Source: Basidiobolus meristosporus CBS 931.73 (lineage: Eukaryota > Fungi > Basidiobolomycota). From it: a DNA stretch of 63,068 nt. Location: contig MCFE01000520.1 in NCBI GenBank assembly GCA_002104905.1, positions 1-63,068 of the forward strand. Direction: 5' to 3'. The notes below the pieces were generated by a model, which was given only the letters and a program-made list of their open reading frames with translations, did not search any database and had not been told where the DNA came from. The position numbers were made by a program, and so were the translations under genes. How positions within the stretch are numbered: position 1 is the first letter of the stretch; each line of letters opens with the position of its first letter. Shown here piece by piece: positions 25,353-37,917 of the stretch.

Positions 25353-27807
25353 CACTTCTTGAGTGGTACTATGCTTTTTCTTGGATAAATGTTGTGCTGG
25401 TGCAGCCATGTCTGCCTGCTTGCCCTCATTGGCACTCTTCCAGCTACCTGACATCTCTTTGATGCTTGTCTGGAACTTTTGGCCCTCCTTGTAACAGGCT
25501 CTTGAGGAAGCTGCTGGTTTTTAGCCATGGCACCCTTGTTCTTCTGCCTTTGATAGTCTCTGCTATTCTTAAGATACATTCTTAGCATACCAATGCTGGC
25601 CCAAAATCTGTTTGCCCATTTGAATCCAGGATAATGCTCATGGAACAAGTCAAGTGCATTCTGCTTGGCCTTGAGTTCCTGATAGTCCCATGGTATGCTG
25701 GCCTCAAGGTGATGGCATGCTAGACTTCTGATGGCCTCTTGTATATTAGCCTACTTTTCATTATTGCACTCAAGAGCTTCACATATCTTCAATGTCTTTT
25801 GATTTATATGCTTTGGTATGAACACCACATAGTCTCCCTCCCATGCTGTGATAGGTTTTTCTGAGGGCTTTATCTTTGGGCACAGTTGTTGTGCTTCAAA
25901 GACTGTATGGTGTTCCTCAGCTGCTACATCAGGAAATGGCTCAATTCTTGGCTGTGAAATTAAGCTACTTGAGTTCCTTCTTTGAAGCAAAGATACTGCT
26001 TTCTCTACCTGGTATATTGATTGGCCTACATGTAGTATCCGCTCATCCTGTTTCTAGACAATTTCTGATTTCTCTGGGCCATTGCATCCATCCCATCAGC
26101 CACTACACCTAATTGCTTCATTAATGCTTTGGTATGAGCTGACCACATACTTCCTAATATGGGTGGTGGCAATGTTATTGTGACTACTTGCTGGTCCCCA
26201 ACTGAGGGTACTGCATTTGCTACATTCTCATCTGCCTGAGCAAAACAGTCAGTTTGTAGCTCTGCAGAGGTTTTCAATTGCCTACTTGACTGAGAGCCTG
26301 AGAAGTCTGCATTATTACCTTCAATGGGCACACTGTCCACAGGGTCCTTTTTGGATGTAGCCCTGCTTGTTGCACTAATGTCAAAGCAAGCTGTTGTCCA
26401 ACTGTTCTTCTGTTGCCATCAGCGGTAAGGTTTGGTTGGGAACCAGACAGCTTTGCTTTATTTTTTGGCAGCATATATATGGAAGCGAGTCAAACCAAAG
26501 GGGAAACATTGTTGCATATATGTGGGTATGTGGTGCCACAACTTGATTTATAATGCTTACTATGGCAGGTCATCATTGAATCTTTCATTCATGTAGGTGC
26601 AATGTCTCAAATACAGGACTATCTTTAATTCACATGGGTATTGACCAAAAAGTGATATAATAGCACAACATTGTTGAAGGTCAAACTGTTTACCCATGGA
26701 TAAGACTACTTTGACTCAATGCCATAAGAGAAGTGAAAAAAGACCATGTTGCTATTGTGGCAAGCAACTCAGCCATGAAGCATGCAGGTGGCATAGGAAG
26801 TATTACAAGGATCACAGTCAGTGTTTTGCCACCCAAGTCATATTTGACCATTCAATGGTCACTACTGTACTACCATTATCTTGCTGGCCAGTTGATACTT
26901 CTGTATTGGCACCTGGCTGTCATGTCACCATGCACAAACTGAGTCAGGTGAGTTTGTGACACCTTTAGGCTCACCTCAGCGCTCTGAATATGGCATGCAG
27001 AGTGATAGCTCTGACAAAGAGGGTTCACTGATGGATTTTGAGCCTATCTCCCCTGACAAGAGTGCCATGTACAAGCCCAGTCAAATCTCTATATGCAATG
27101 AGACAACACCTGTTGAAACAAATGCCAAGGATACTTTATGGAGCCAAGTGAGCCCAATAATTTAATTACTGGTGAATGATGTAATGTTGTGGCTATAGAA
27201 CTGGTGTGTTTCCAACAATATCAGTAATGGGGGCTTTGAGGATTTATTACTACTTGCCAAAATCATACTTGGATGCAACTTACCATGCACATGGTACAAG
27301 TGGACAATTGTCATGTGGCTGGCAACATATGATCCAGAGACTGTCCTGATTCCCACATGTGTTAACATCTGCATGGTATTTACATTCAAAAATGCTACCA
27401 TTGCAATGTGTCCAAATTGTCAGGGATCCACCACCATTGAGGGAAAACATTGTTCACACTCAGGATATATTCCAGTCATACCCTGTCTGAGGAAACTGAT
27501 GCAGTCAGACACATATTGCAAAGCTATACAGTACTGCAATGTGTGAGATCCAGGGGGTTACTCCATAACTCACACAGATAATTATTACCCAAACACCAGC
27601 ACTAAGAACATCATCTTTCCACAGAGAGAACATACAGAAGTCAGCATGCATTTGGCTCTATGAAGCTATTTACTGCAATGATAAAGGGTAGGCAAGTATT
27701 CAGGAGGCAATAAGAAGTCTAGCATGTCATCTCCTAAAGGCCAGCATTTAATGGGTTTATTAGGAACTCAAGGCCAAGCAGATTGCATATAGCCTGTTCT
27801 ATAACAT
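25353..27807. mobile_element. CACTA/EnSpm-like DNA transposon remnant: accessory ORF (minus, ~25260-26470) divergent from a transposase fragment (plus, ~26696-27800)
   Basis: CCYCGKQLSHEACRWHRK finger and TCVNICMVFT..CPNC..YIPVIPCLRKLM, typical of the tnp2/Transposase_21 N-terminal region; inverted homolog at 57100-59681. Confidence 0.65.
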
Positions 27808-28299
27808 TGTAGTGGGGCCACAGTGACATCCACTGACAGATGTACTCATTCCCATATTTTCTACTTCCCTATTTCTCTACTACCCTTATCTTAGTTTTAT
27901 CCCATTTGCCTAACTTGATCAGTATCATCCCATAAGCTGGCTGACTATCACAGCTGCTTACCTTGTTGCATAAGTTATCCCTCACTTTATGTAAGATAAC
28001 TAGCTGTGAGTGCTTCTATATTAGGCAAGTTCATGCACCAGTACATGTTACACATGACCAGCCCATGTCACCATCCCTATCATTTTCATACCTTATGGTA
28101 TCCCTATGTTTTACAAGTCTCAGAGTACTGATTCCTGATTGGTTGGATGTGCTGTGCCTGTCAGAACCTTCTGGCACTTACTCAGAACATTCTTAGGCCA
28201 GTCTGATGTCATTAAGATTTCTACTGATATCTGGAACCTTCTGGAGCACCATAATTAGTAATCACTTAGCCAGTAAGAAAAGTATATAAGGGAGGCTAT
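27808..28299 (+). mobile_element. Diverged LTR family B copy, left part (interrupted by element E)
   Basis: Starts TGTAGTGGGG, aligns to 44844-45337 up to GGAGGCTAT; remainder at 34282-34357. Confidence 0.85.
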
Positions 28300-28475
28300 T
28301 GTTATGAATAGATACAAGGCAGGAGGAAAAGCTAGGCACGGCAGGAAAGGACTTAGGTGTGGACCATCAAGGCAAGGCAGGATTCAAGGCAAGGCTGTTT
28401 ATTCAAGACCTGTGTTTATCAGACTGAGGAATACTTAAGGGGGGATAGGACTATATATACTTTTTGGTTATACTG

Positions 28476-28861
28476 TGTGAGTACTCAATGTAGTACCCAC
28501 TCTTTGCCCAAGAGTTCTCCCAAGAGTTCCCTCCAGAGTCCTACCCAAAGTCCTCCAGTACCCTCCCTATGATTCCCCCACGCGTCCTCCCCTCCTATCC
28601 CTGCCCTTATCTAGTTAGAACACTTACCATAACAGGAAGGTGTTCACACCCCTATTTTATAACACATTGTCTATTGTCTAAGCCCCCCAAGTGATATATA
28701 TATCTACCCAATTGAACCAGGAAGAACAACAAGATTTGGACGAAATAAACAGAAGTCTTTATTACCTTGCTACCTTCTATCGGAAGCTATTCTGAACCAA
28801 GTGGTACTGACTTGACCTACAAGCTCTCCCACTCACCAAGTACAGTCAGTAATAACCCACA
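28476..28861. mobile_element. Solo LTR family D nested in the 3' LTR of E
   Basis: TGTG...CACA ends, 5-bp TSD TACTG, absent from the sister LTR; internal CCCAAGAGTT-like tandem repeats. Confidence 0.85.
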
Positions 28862-29287
28862 TACTGATGCTGAGAGATATTGGCTAATACTAATGGGGTT
28901 GTGGGGTGAGGCACAGCAATGGTGCTGGGGATAATGACATAGATGACATGGCACTGAGACAGGATGGGGAAATGGATTGGGGTACCTGATCATGTGACTT
29001 AGTCATGTGACCTGATATTTCCATATATGGTACTGGACTAGGAAAAATACAATGTGAAGCTTCCATGGAATGCTCCATTGTGTAATAAGGGTTTGGAATG
29101 GTCAGGAACTTTCTGGAAGGTGGTAGAAGGTTCCAGAAGGAATCTCTTAGAAATTGAGCTGGGAAGCTGAAACTTGGCATGGGTGTTCATGGTTGTCATG
29201 TGATCAGGACAGCTATCCCTCAACTATGAATCATCATCCCTTTTATCAATATACCAACCTGTTGATTAGTGTGATCACTCCTACCTG

Positions 29288-32200
29288 CTAGTTTCTTGAA
29301 ATCCAATTTGTCACAAGGGCGGTTGGTGCTGATGTTTCTTCTGAGCAACCATACAGAATCTCCTTTATTAAGATCAGGGCTGGGATGCCGTTTTAGATTG
29401 GCAAATTTCTTGTAGCTTTCCTGAGCTAAGGATAGTTCTTCCTTGAGGGTATTCTGGATGTCCTGGATTACTTGGGCATGTTCAGCCGCATGTGGGCTCA
29501 TCGGGTTTGTTGGAATCTGGATATCAAACTGAGGGTGGAATCCATAGTTTGCATAGAATGGTTTAAAACCGGTTGCACTCTGGCTTGAGTTGTTGTAGGT
29601 AAATGCAGCAACAGGGAGTAGATCAACCCAATTGTCTTGCTGGTAATTGATACAGCACCAGAGGTATTGCTCAAGAATCTGGTTGATTCTTTCAGTCTGG
29701 CCATCAGACTGTGGATGGAAGGCAGTAGAGAGCTTGACTTGAGCACCAAGGTATTGCATGAAGTGTTTCCAAAACTTGGACACAAACTGTGGGCCTCTAT
29801 CTGACACAATATCACTGGGGATACCATGAAGGCGGAAAATATTCTTCAGGATTAATGCAGCAGTTTCTTTTGCATCAGTGTTCTTACAGCAAGAGATAAA
29901 GTGAGCCATCTTGGTCAGCCGGTCAGCCACTACAAGTAGAGCATTGAAGCCACATGACTCAGGGAGGTCAGTAATGAAGTCCATAGATATAGATCTCCAT
30001 TGGTGTTCTGGGGTAGGCAAGGGCTGAAGAAGTCCATAGGGCTGGTGTCCGACTGGTTTTGCACGGTTGCAAATATCACAAGTCAGAATGTACTCTTTGA
30101 TAAGTGTTATCATTCCAGGTCACCAGAAATCTCTTTTGATAGCATCCCAGGTTTTGGCAGTACCAAAGTGGCCTGCAGCCATTGAATCATGCCAAGACTT
30201 AATGATGTCTAGCTGGGTGGCAAGGTCTGGGACATAAAGCTGCTGCTTGTGGTAGATGAGGTTATTTATCAAATGCCGGTTCTGGATGTTTGGGAGCTTG
30301 GGCAGGGGCCCAACTGGGGATTCCAGATATTTCTTGACGGTGCTGGAAGTCATATTAGTGGCTTGGGATTCTGATATCCTTACTAGGAATGACAGGATGA
30401 CAAGACTTGAGGACTGGGTGGCAAGAATCTCAAAATGTTTCTTGCTCAGCAATGGGTGTTCCATTTGCCAACAGGCATCATCTCCCTCTTCCAGGGCATA
30501 TTCCTTTTTTCTGGACAGGGCATCAGGCTTTCCTTGCTTTGCACCAGGTCTATAGGTGATAGTAAAGTCAAAGCTGGACAGGACAAGTGACCATCTGGCT
30601 TGTCTCCGGTTTAGTACTTTGGAAGTTGCAAAGTCCTCAAGGTTCTTATGGTCACAAAAGACTTTGATTTTGTGTTTTGCACCATCCAGGTAGTGTCTCC
30701 ATTGCTCAAAGGCTACAATGATTCCAAGCAACTCCTTATCATAGATATCATAGTTGATCTCTGCAGGGGAAAACTTCCAAGAGTAGAATGCAATGAGGTG
30801 CAACACATTGTCCTCATCATACTGGGAGAGTATGGCACCAAGGGCATAATCAGAAGCATCAGTCTCCACTATGAATTGCTTCTTAAGGTTAGGGTGGGCA
30901 AGTAGGGGGGCCTTCAGGAAAGATTTCTTGAATTGGTTGAATCAGCTGGATTGCTCCTCATTCCAGGCAAAAGGTGTGTTCCTCTGAGTAAGCTGTGTCA
31001 GAGGGGTGACTATCTTGTAGTAGTTGGCTATGAACCTGCAACAGAAGTTGGCAAGTCCCAGGAAGGATTGTAAGTCCTTGACTGAGCTTGAGGTTTTCCA
31101 GGATTGGACAGAGTCAACTTTATTTGGATTCATTCTTGTTCCCTCAGGGCTGATGAGGTAACCAAGAAATTCCACTTCTCTCTGGTCAAATTCACAGTTC
31201 TCTAGCTTGGCATAGAGACCAGCAGAGTCTAATTTTCTCATTACTTTCTTGACATGTTCATCATGTTCATCTTGGCTCTTGAAGTATATGAGAATATCAT
31301 CAAGATATATTACCACAAACTGGTCAAGGTATGCACAGAATATGTCATTCATGAGGTGTTGAAACACAGCAGGGGCATTGGTGAGGCCAAATGGCATTAC
31401 TTTGTGCTCAAAGTGACCATATCTTGTGTGAAAGGCAGTTTTCCATTCATTACCAGGCTTGATTCTGACAAGATTGTAAGCTCCTCTCAAGTCAATCTTG
31501 ATGAAGACTTGGGCAGCAGATAGCTGATCCAACTGTGTGTTGTTCAGGGGCAGGGGATAGCAGTTCTTGACTGTGACCTTATTCAAAGCACGGTAGTCCA
31601 CACACATTCTGAGGGTGCCATCTTTCTTCTTGACAAAGAGGATTGGGGCTCCAGCAGGTGATTTAGAGTGCTGAATAACACCCTTCTGGAAGTTTTCTTC
31701 AATATTACCATGAAGTTCTTTCAACTCCAGCTGGGAGAGGTTATATATTGGGCCAAATGGAGGGACTTTTCCATCATCAAGGTCAATAGGGCAGTCATAA
31801 GGTTGATGGTCAGGGAGGAGCTCTGCTTTCTTCTTGTCAAAGACATGGGCAAACTCTTGGTACTTGGCTGGTATGTTTGCTGAGGGAACTCCGTCAGCTG
31901 GCAAGGTATCTTGGGCTGTTGAACTGTTGGCAACAGTCATTTCACGGTTATCAGGGTCTGGAGATTTCATGGAGTTGACTTGGTGGGATCTGATGAATGA
32001 CAGGATCTTGGATTTCCAATCAATACTTGGATTGTGGTAGCTCAGCCATGAGCTTCCAAGCACAATAGGATAGTGTGGTGAGTTGATGATGTTGAAGGCA
32101 ATTCTTTCTTGGTGAGCAGTACTGGACAGGTGAAGTAAGCATGTTTCATGGGTAACGGCACCAGAGGAGAGTGATCTTCCATCAATAACTTCTACTTGGA

Positions 32201-32450
32201 CTGGACAGGATTTCACAGTAACAGGAATAGAGTGCTTCTGGACAAAGGCTTGGTCAATGAAACAGGATGAAGCACCGGAATCAATCAGGGCTAGGGCTGG
32301 GACAGGACTGGAGTCAGGGATCTGGATTTTGACAGGCATTCTCAAGGACTGGATAGATTTTGTGGCAAAGGAAGATTCTTGGATATGCTGGATTTTCATG
32401 AGTGGGTCCAGTTGCAAGCCTGTCAGTGGAACTGGACATTGGAGTTTCCT
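29288..32450 (-). pseudogene. pol of element E (PR-RT-RH-IN), broken
   Basis: ORFs 30942-32417, 30120-30869 and 29220-30113; DASDYALGAILSQ, ISMDFITDLP, FHPQSDGQTERINQ. Confidence 0.9.
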
Positions 32451-33384
32451 GACAGATCTGAATCAGGTTGGTTACTGGAGGACTGCATCAGCTTGAAGCT
32501 GGACTTCTTGTTGGGGCAGGACTTGGCTAAGTGACCTGGTTGGCCACAGTATAGACAGAGGTTGGCTTGTTGACGTCTGGACTTTTCACTCTTTGATAGT
32601 TTCTTGTATTTGGCACTATCAATCTTCATAGGATCTTCTGGAGTTACTTGGGAGCAGGAGGGGCTGGGACTGCAACAGGAATGTGTCTTTGACGGTTCTT
32701 TTGCTTCTTCTGGAACAGTCTGTTATCACACCAGATTGCTTGGTGCATAGCTTCAACCAATGTATCTGGATCTGGGAGTGTGAGTAGCAGATCACAAACT
32801 TCAACATTAAGGCCATCTTGGAATTGGCTTATCAAGGCTGCTTACCCCCAGGAGCTGAGGTCACTGGGGAGTTGTCAGAATTCTGAGGCATAGACTGATG
32901 CTGGTTTGTTCCCTTGTCTGAGGGTATTGATCTTGTTGGCAGCAGCTCTGGCTTGGTCATGGTTACCAAATGTTAGCTCCATTTCAGTGAGAAAAGCTTG
33001 GTAGTCTCTGAGGAGGGGAGAGTTGGTCTCCACTAATGGGGAGAACCACTTGAGAGCTGTACCAGTAAGTAGGTTGAAGGTGAAACCAACTTTGGCCTGG
33101 TCAGTGGGGTACCGGTTGGGCTGGAGTGCAAGATTGTTCTTCACCATGTTGATGAAGCCACAGAATTCATTCTGAGAGCCATTGAACTTGGTAGCAGGAG
33201 TATACCTGGGTTCTTGGTAGACGGGGACATGGCTAGTTTGCTGGACACTTTGGTTCTGGAACTGAGCAAGAGTGTTTCTGAGGTCTGCATGGTCTTGCTG
33301 CAGTTGGGTAAAGGTAGCCATGAGCTGGGCAGAGTTCAGCTCTAGGTTGGACATGGTAGCAGAGGAAGGCGGATGAACTTGCAA
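32423..33384 (-). pseudogene. gag of element E with CCHC knuckle, broken by a stop and a frameshift
   Basis: ORFs 32875-33384, 32644-32835 and 32423-32629; premature TGA at 32875-32877. Confidence 0.85.
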
Positions 33385-33747
33385 GGAATACTGGAATATA
33401 CTAAACTAGGTTGTGGGTTTGTAAAGCCACTAGTATGTCAGGAATACAACTATTGAGCCACAATCCCCAACTTTTATAAGTTAGCGTCACTTCAGAAGGT
33501 ACTGGTTTCAATGTCCTTTGATAGAGTATTGTACTAAAGCTTCCAATACTGTAACAACTGTAAACTCCACCAGCAGGGTAATAAAGTGAATGCAGCTTTG
33601 ACCAATAGTTTTACAAAGATAAGGTATCTTTGCCTTTGTAAGACAAGACTAGGGAAAGATGATGGGTGATACTTACGGTGAGTATTCCTTTTACAAGTTT
33701 TCTTCAAACTTTGGGCAGAAGGCAGGGATCCACAGGTAAGTCAAGAG

Positions 33748-33758
33748 AGTCTGATAAA
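33748..33758 (-). promoter_or_regulatory. Self-priming primer-binding site of element E
   Basis: Sense TTTATCAGACT, 2 nt after the 5' LTR, is the exact complement of AGTCTGATAAA (33886-33876) just downstream of the LTR TATA box. Confidence 0.75.
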
Positions 33759-34357
33759 ACTGCTATGAATAGATACAAGGCAGGAGGAAAAGCTAGGCAT
33801 GGCAGGAAAGGACTTAGGTGTGGACCATCAAGGCAAGGCAGGATTCAAAGCAAGGCTGTTTATTCAAGACCTGTGTTTATCAGACTGAGGAATACTTAAG
33901 GGGGGATAGGACTATATATACTTTTTGATTATACTGATGCGGAGAGATATTGGCTAATACTAATGGGGTTGTGGGGTGAGGCACAGCAATGGTGCTGGGG
34001 ATAATGACATAGATGACATGGCACTGAGACAGGATGGGGAAATGGATTGGGGTACCTGATCATGTGACTTAGTCATGTGACCTGATATTTCCATATATGG
34101 TACTGGACTAGGAAAAATACAATGTGAAGCTTCCATGGAATGCTCCATTGTGTAACAAGGGTTTGGAATGGTCAGGAACTTTCTGGAAGATGGTAGAAGG
34201 TTCCAGAAGGAATCTCTTAGAAATTGAGCTAGGAAGCTGAAACTTGGCATGGGTGTTCATGGTTGTCATGTGATCATGACAGCTATCCCTCAACTATGAA
34301 TCATCATCCCTTTTATCAATATATCAACCTGTTGATTAGTGTGATCACTGCTACCTG

Positions 34358-36490
34358 CCATAGTTCAGCGTTGTCAGTAAGTCTTGTAAGCTTCAGTCTG
34401 TCTCTTTGAACCAAGTTTTGCTGGATATACCCTTGTTTGTCCACTAATTTGTAAGTTGCAAATGAACATGCTCTCATGATCTTGAATGGTCTTCTCCATT
34501 GTGGCTCAAACTTCCTCCAAGTGTTGTATTGCAGCAATACAAGGTTCCCAACAGTCAATGCTTCTGGAGATATAGTCCTATCAAGTCTCTGCTTCATGTT
34601 TTCTGCACTTGTAAACACTTAGGCCTATGTCTCTTAATGTCTTTGTTCTAGTTGCTGGTGTATACTTGGCTGACCAAGCTTATCTCCCAAGGTGTCTGTA
34701 AGCTTTGGTAGTATGAGATCTCCTGTAATCATTGGTTTACATCCATACCCCAGGTAAAATGGCAATTGTTGGGTGGAGTTGGGCATTTGTACTCCACAGG
34801 CAAAAAGCACTTGGTCTATAAACTCATTCCATCTACTGACAGCTCCATTTCCAAACTTGGACAACATTTTTTCAAATAATTTATTAAACCACTCAGTGAC
34901 TCCATTAGTTTTAGGCTAATATGCCGAGGTTTTAAATCTTTGATCTACTGCATTTCCAGATACATTTTCAATGTCTTTGCCATAAAGTTTGCTCCTCTGT
35001 TGGATAAAATTTATACAGGGCATCCAAATTTCATAAGGATCTTGTGTAGATGAAGCCTGCAACTTCTTGTTCACTGGCTACAGGTACAGCTCAGCAACCA
35101 GCCATTAGTGTCATGGTCAATTGCTACTAGGATCCAATGGTTGCATTTCCCAGCAATTTGCAGTCTTCCAACAAAGTTAATTCTCCTTCTCTCAGATGGT
35201 CTTAAAGGCTCCAAGGGAAAGAGCCCAGCAATCTCTGTGGTTGCCCTTGGTTAGTTTGGCAATTTGGGGAGGTTTTCACTAGCTTCTCAATGACTTGTTT
35301 CATTCTGGGCCACCATGCTCTAGCTTTTACAAGGCTATAGGTTCCTTCAATTCCAAAATGAACATATCCATTGTGTAGCTTATGTATTAAATTCAGGCAA
35401 GCAACATAAGGGCAGTAGGAAGTTGGTCCTCCATCAACAACTTGGGGGGGGTGTTTCATCCTGTACTACCAATTTGTTGGCTTCATACCAGATTATCTAC
35501 TGGATCTTTTCATCCACCTCATCAGGAATGGCTTGGTCTTCCAAGTACTTTGGTAATAAGCAAGGCCAGTCCAATTCATGCACCAAGTTGAGTTGTGCAA
35601 CTGGTCCTAGTCTTGATAAGGCATCAGCAACCATGATGTTTTTCCCAGGACAGTTGACAATCTCCAAATCAAATTGTTGAATGAATTCACTCCATCTTGT
35701 TGTTCTTCTGGATAGTATTCTCTCAGTAAATATGTACCTAAGTGAAGCATGATTGGTCTTTACAATGCATTTGGCTTCTTGGATGCAGCATCTCTAGGTC
35801 TTCAGGCATTGTATTATAGTAAGCATCTCCTTCTCATGCACTGGATAGTTTTGTTTCGCTGTGTTCAGCTTCTTGGATTCAGGAGCAACTGGGTAGTCCT
35901 TTCCCTCATGTTTTTGGCTCAGTACTCCACCAATTGCATAATCTGAAGCATCTGTACACAGAGTAAACTCTTTTTGAAGTCCAGTATTCTAAAGCTTGGC
36001 AGCTTAGCAAGCTCATTTTTAAGTATCTGAAAGGCAGTCTCACAGGCCATGCCAACTTCATGGTGTTGACTTTCATGAGGATATCAGTTAAATAAGTTGC
36101 AATACTTGCAAAGGACTTGACAAATCTCCAATTGTAAGAACCATTCCAGGGAATGAGTCAAGCTCTGATATATAATGGGGCTGGTTCATATTCATGATGA
36201 CTTCAGCCTATGTGGGATCTAAAGTTACACCTGTGCTAGTCACCATGGGTCCAAATATTCAATGTATTCCTTCAGGAACTCACACTTTGCTAGCTTGCCA
36301 TATTGCTTGCTTTCTCTTAGCTTCTCTAAGACTTTTCAATGTGAACAAAGTGAGCCTCTTCTGTCTTGCTGTATATATGTGTATTGCCAAGGTAGATTAC
36401 AACAAACGTATCTAAGTACTCCTGGAAGATGGTTTGCATCAAGATCATGAATGTTTCAGGGGTATTGGTGAGACCAAAACTCAAGACTAG
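34358..36490 (-). mobile_element. Decayed Ty3/Gypsy family A fragment (RT-RH-IN)
   Basis: RAWWPRMKQVIEKLVKT and KFEPQWRRPFKI match the intact copy; many stops. Confidence 0.85.
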
Positions 36491-37917
36491 GCATTTTCCC
36501 TTTACCTTTTCCTTCATCACCGCCAGGCCATTCACTGCTACTTTGGCTGAGTGTTTCTAGTAAATAACTATGTTTTCTCCCGGATAAATTCTGCTCTGAT
36601 GCATCTGTTTAGCCTGCTTGTCCCTTGCTGGCACTCTTCTGGCTACCTGATGTTTCTTTTCCACTTGTTCTGAGCTCTCAACAGTAGTTGTGACAGGCTG
36701 CTATAAAAGCGGCTGGTTTTTATCACTGCCAGGTCCTTTACTGCTACATGACTGGGTGCTTCTGTTGTGTTGTACTATGATTAGTTTGGGGCTTGTTCTA
36801 CAATGTAGAGGCTAATCAACAATATACAACAACTTCCAGTATGCTAATACTGAAATAGTTTATTGGGAGTTTTATTCACCAATAGAAGATATAACTTTCA
36901 CTAATTTCCACAACCATAGGCTCAAAATATACTGTAGGCAGTGTTTATCACTTCTACAGCAGTGTTCTGACCTTCTGTTGACTAATGGGCTTATTTACTT
37001 TTAAAGTAACTTTTCCTTATTTGGAAGTCCCTATCCTTTCCAAGAAAATATTTCCTGATATGGAAATTCTGAACTCCCCTGTAACCTTAAGGGGTGTGTT
37101 GTAGAAGTCTCTAAAGGGGTCTTTAGACCTAAAGGTGTGTCTAAAGGGGTGTCTTTAGGGTAAAGGGGCTTCTTGTAGTGGTCTCTAAAGTGGACTTTAC
37201 ACTAAAGGGGTGAATTTAGAGTAAAGGGGTTTCTTAGAGGGGACTTTTCCAACAGAAAAGTGGTAGTTTCTTGTAGAACTTAGATTGGATTCTTGTGAGC
37301 TTTGCAGTCTCTTTACTGATGTAGTACCAATCAAAGTCAGATTCCTCAACAGTGCAAGTGATGCAGGGGAAGTCTTATAGCCTTTAAACTTGTAATTGTA
37401 GTGTGGAGATTCTGGAAAGAGAGGCTCTCCCTTTATTTTTCAGCAGGGGAAGTCATATATATGAAAATTTTAAGGATCAAAGTTTTTGGGCAATTGTTCA
37501 AGCAATACACGTGATACTGGGCTAAAATTTTGCAGTGGCGCAGATTGAACATAGGCGCAGCACCTGCTAAGATATCACGTGATTTGATTGGCTGGTTCAA
37601 AAGTTACATGCAATCAAAGTTACCATGGTAATCCTAGCAATAAGGCATAGTATAAATAATAATTCGACTCTTTTGGTCATAACTCCTTAAGTACTGCTTC
37701 AAATGAGCTGTAATTTGAAACATGTGTTGGCTACTACGTGTTCTGTATGATATAATATTCTTGAGTGGATTGCGTGCCAGGGTCTGGAGCATTTGTTCTT
37801 CAGAGCTGGAAATTCTTGATCTTTTACTTGTGTGTTACAATAGCAAAAAGCAAATAAAGGAATGCGTGCAATATTGGTTTAGAGATATTGTAGTAATGGA
37901 ATACTTTCCATTACCAC
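36491..37917. repeat. Repeat X copy 2
   Basis: Direct repeat of 23869-25352 ending in the same hairpin. Confidence 0.75.

Larger units (their letters stand above)
28300..34281 (-). mobile_element. Ty3/Gypsy element E (chromovirus-like), two ~521-bp LTRs, integrase C-terminus missing
   Basis: LTRs 28300-29211 (with nested D) and 33761-34281, about 10 differences; 5-bp TSD GCTAT; gag with CLYCGQPGHLAKSC, PR LIDSGA, RT YLDDILI, RNase H, integrase. Confidence 0.92.

Noticed and set aside
25323-25353. TGTAGT...ACCACA hairpin as a miniature LTR B or a Helitron end
   Set aside because: No TSD, no CTRR terminus, and the second copy ends ACCACG
28890-29223. ORFs of 61-97 aa repeated at 33960-34293
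   Set aside because: They lie inside LTR C and recur only because the LTR is duplicated
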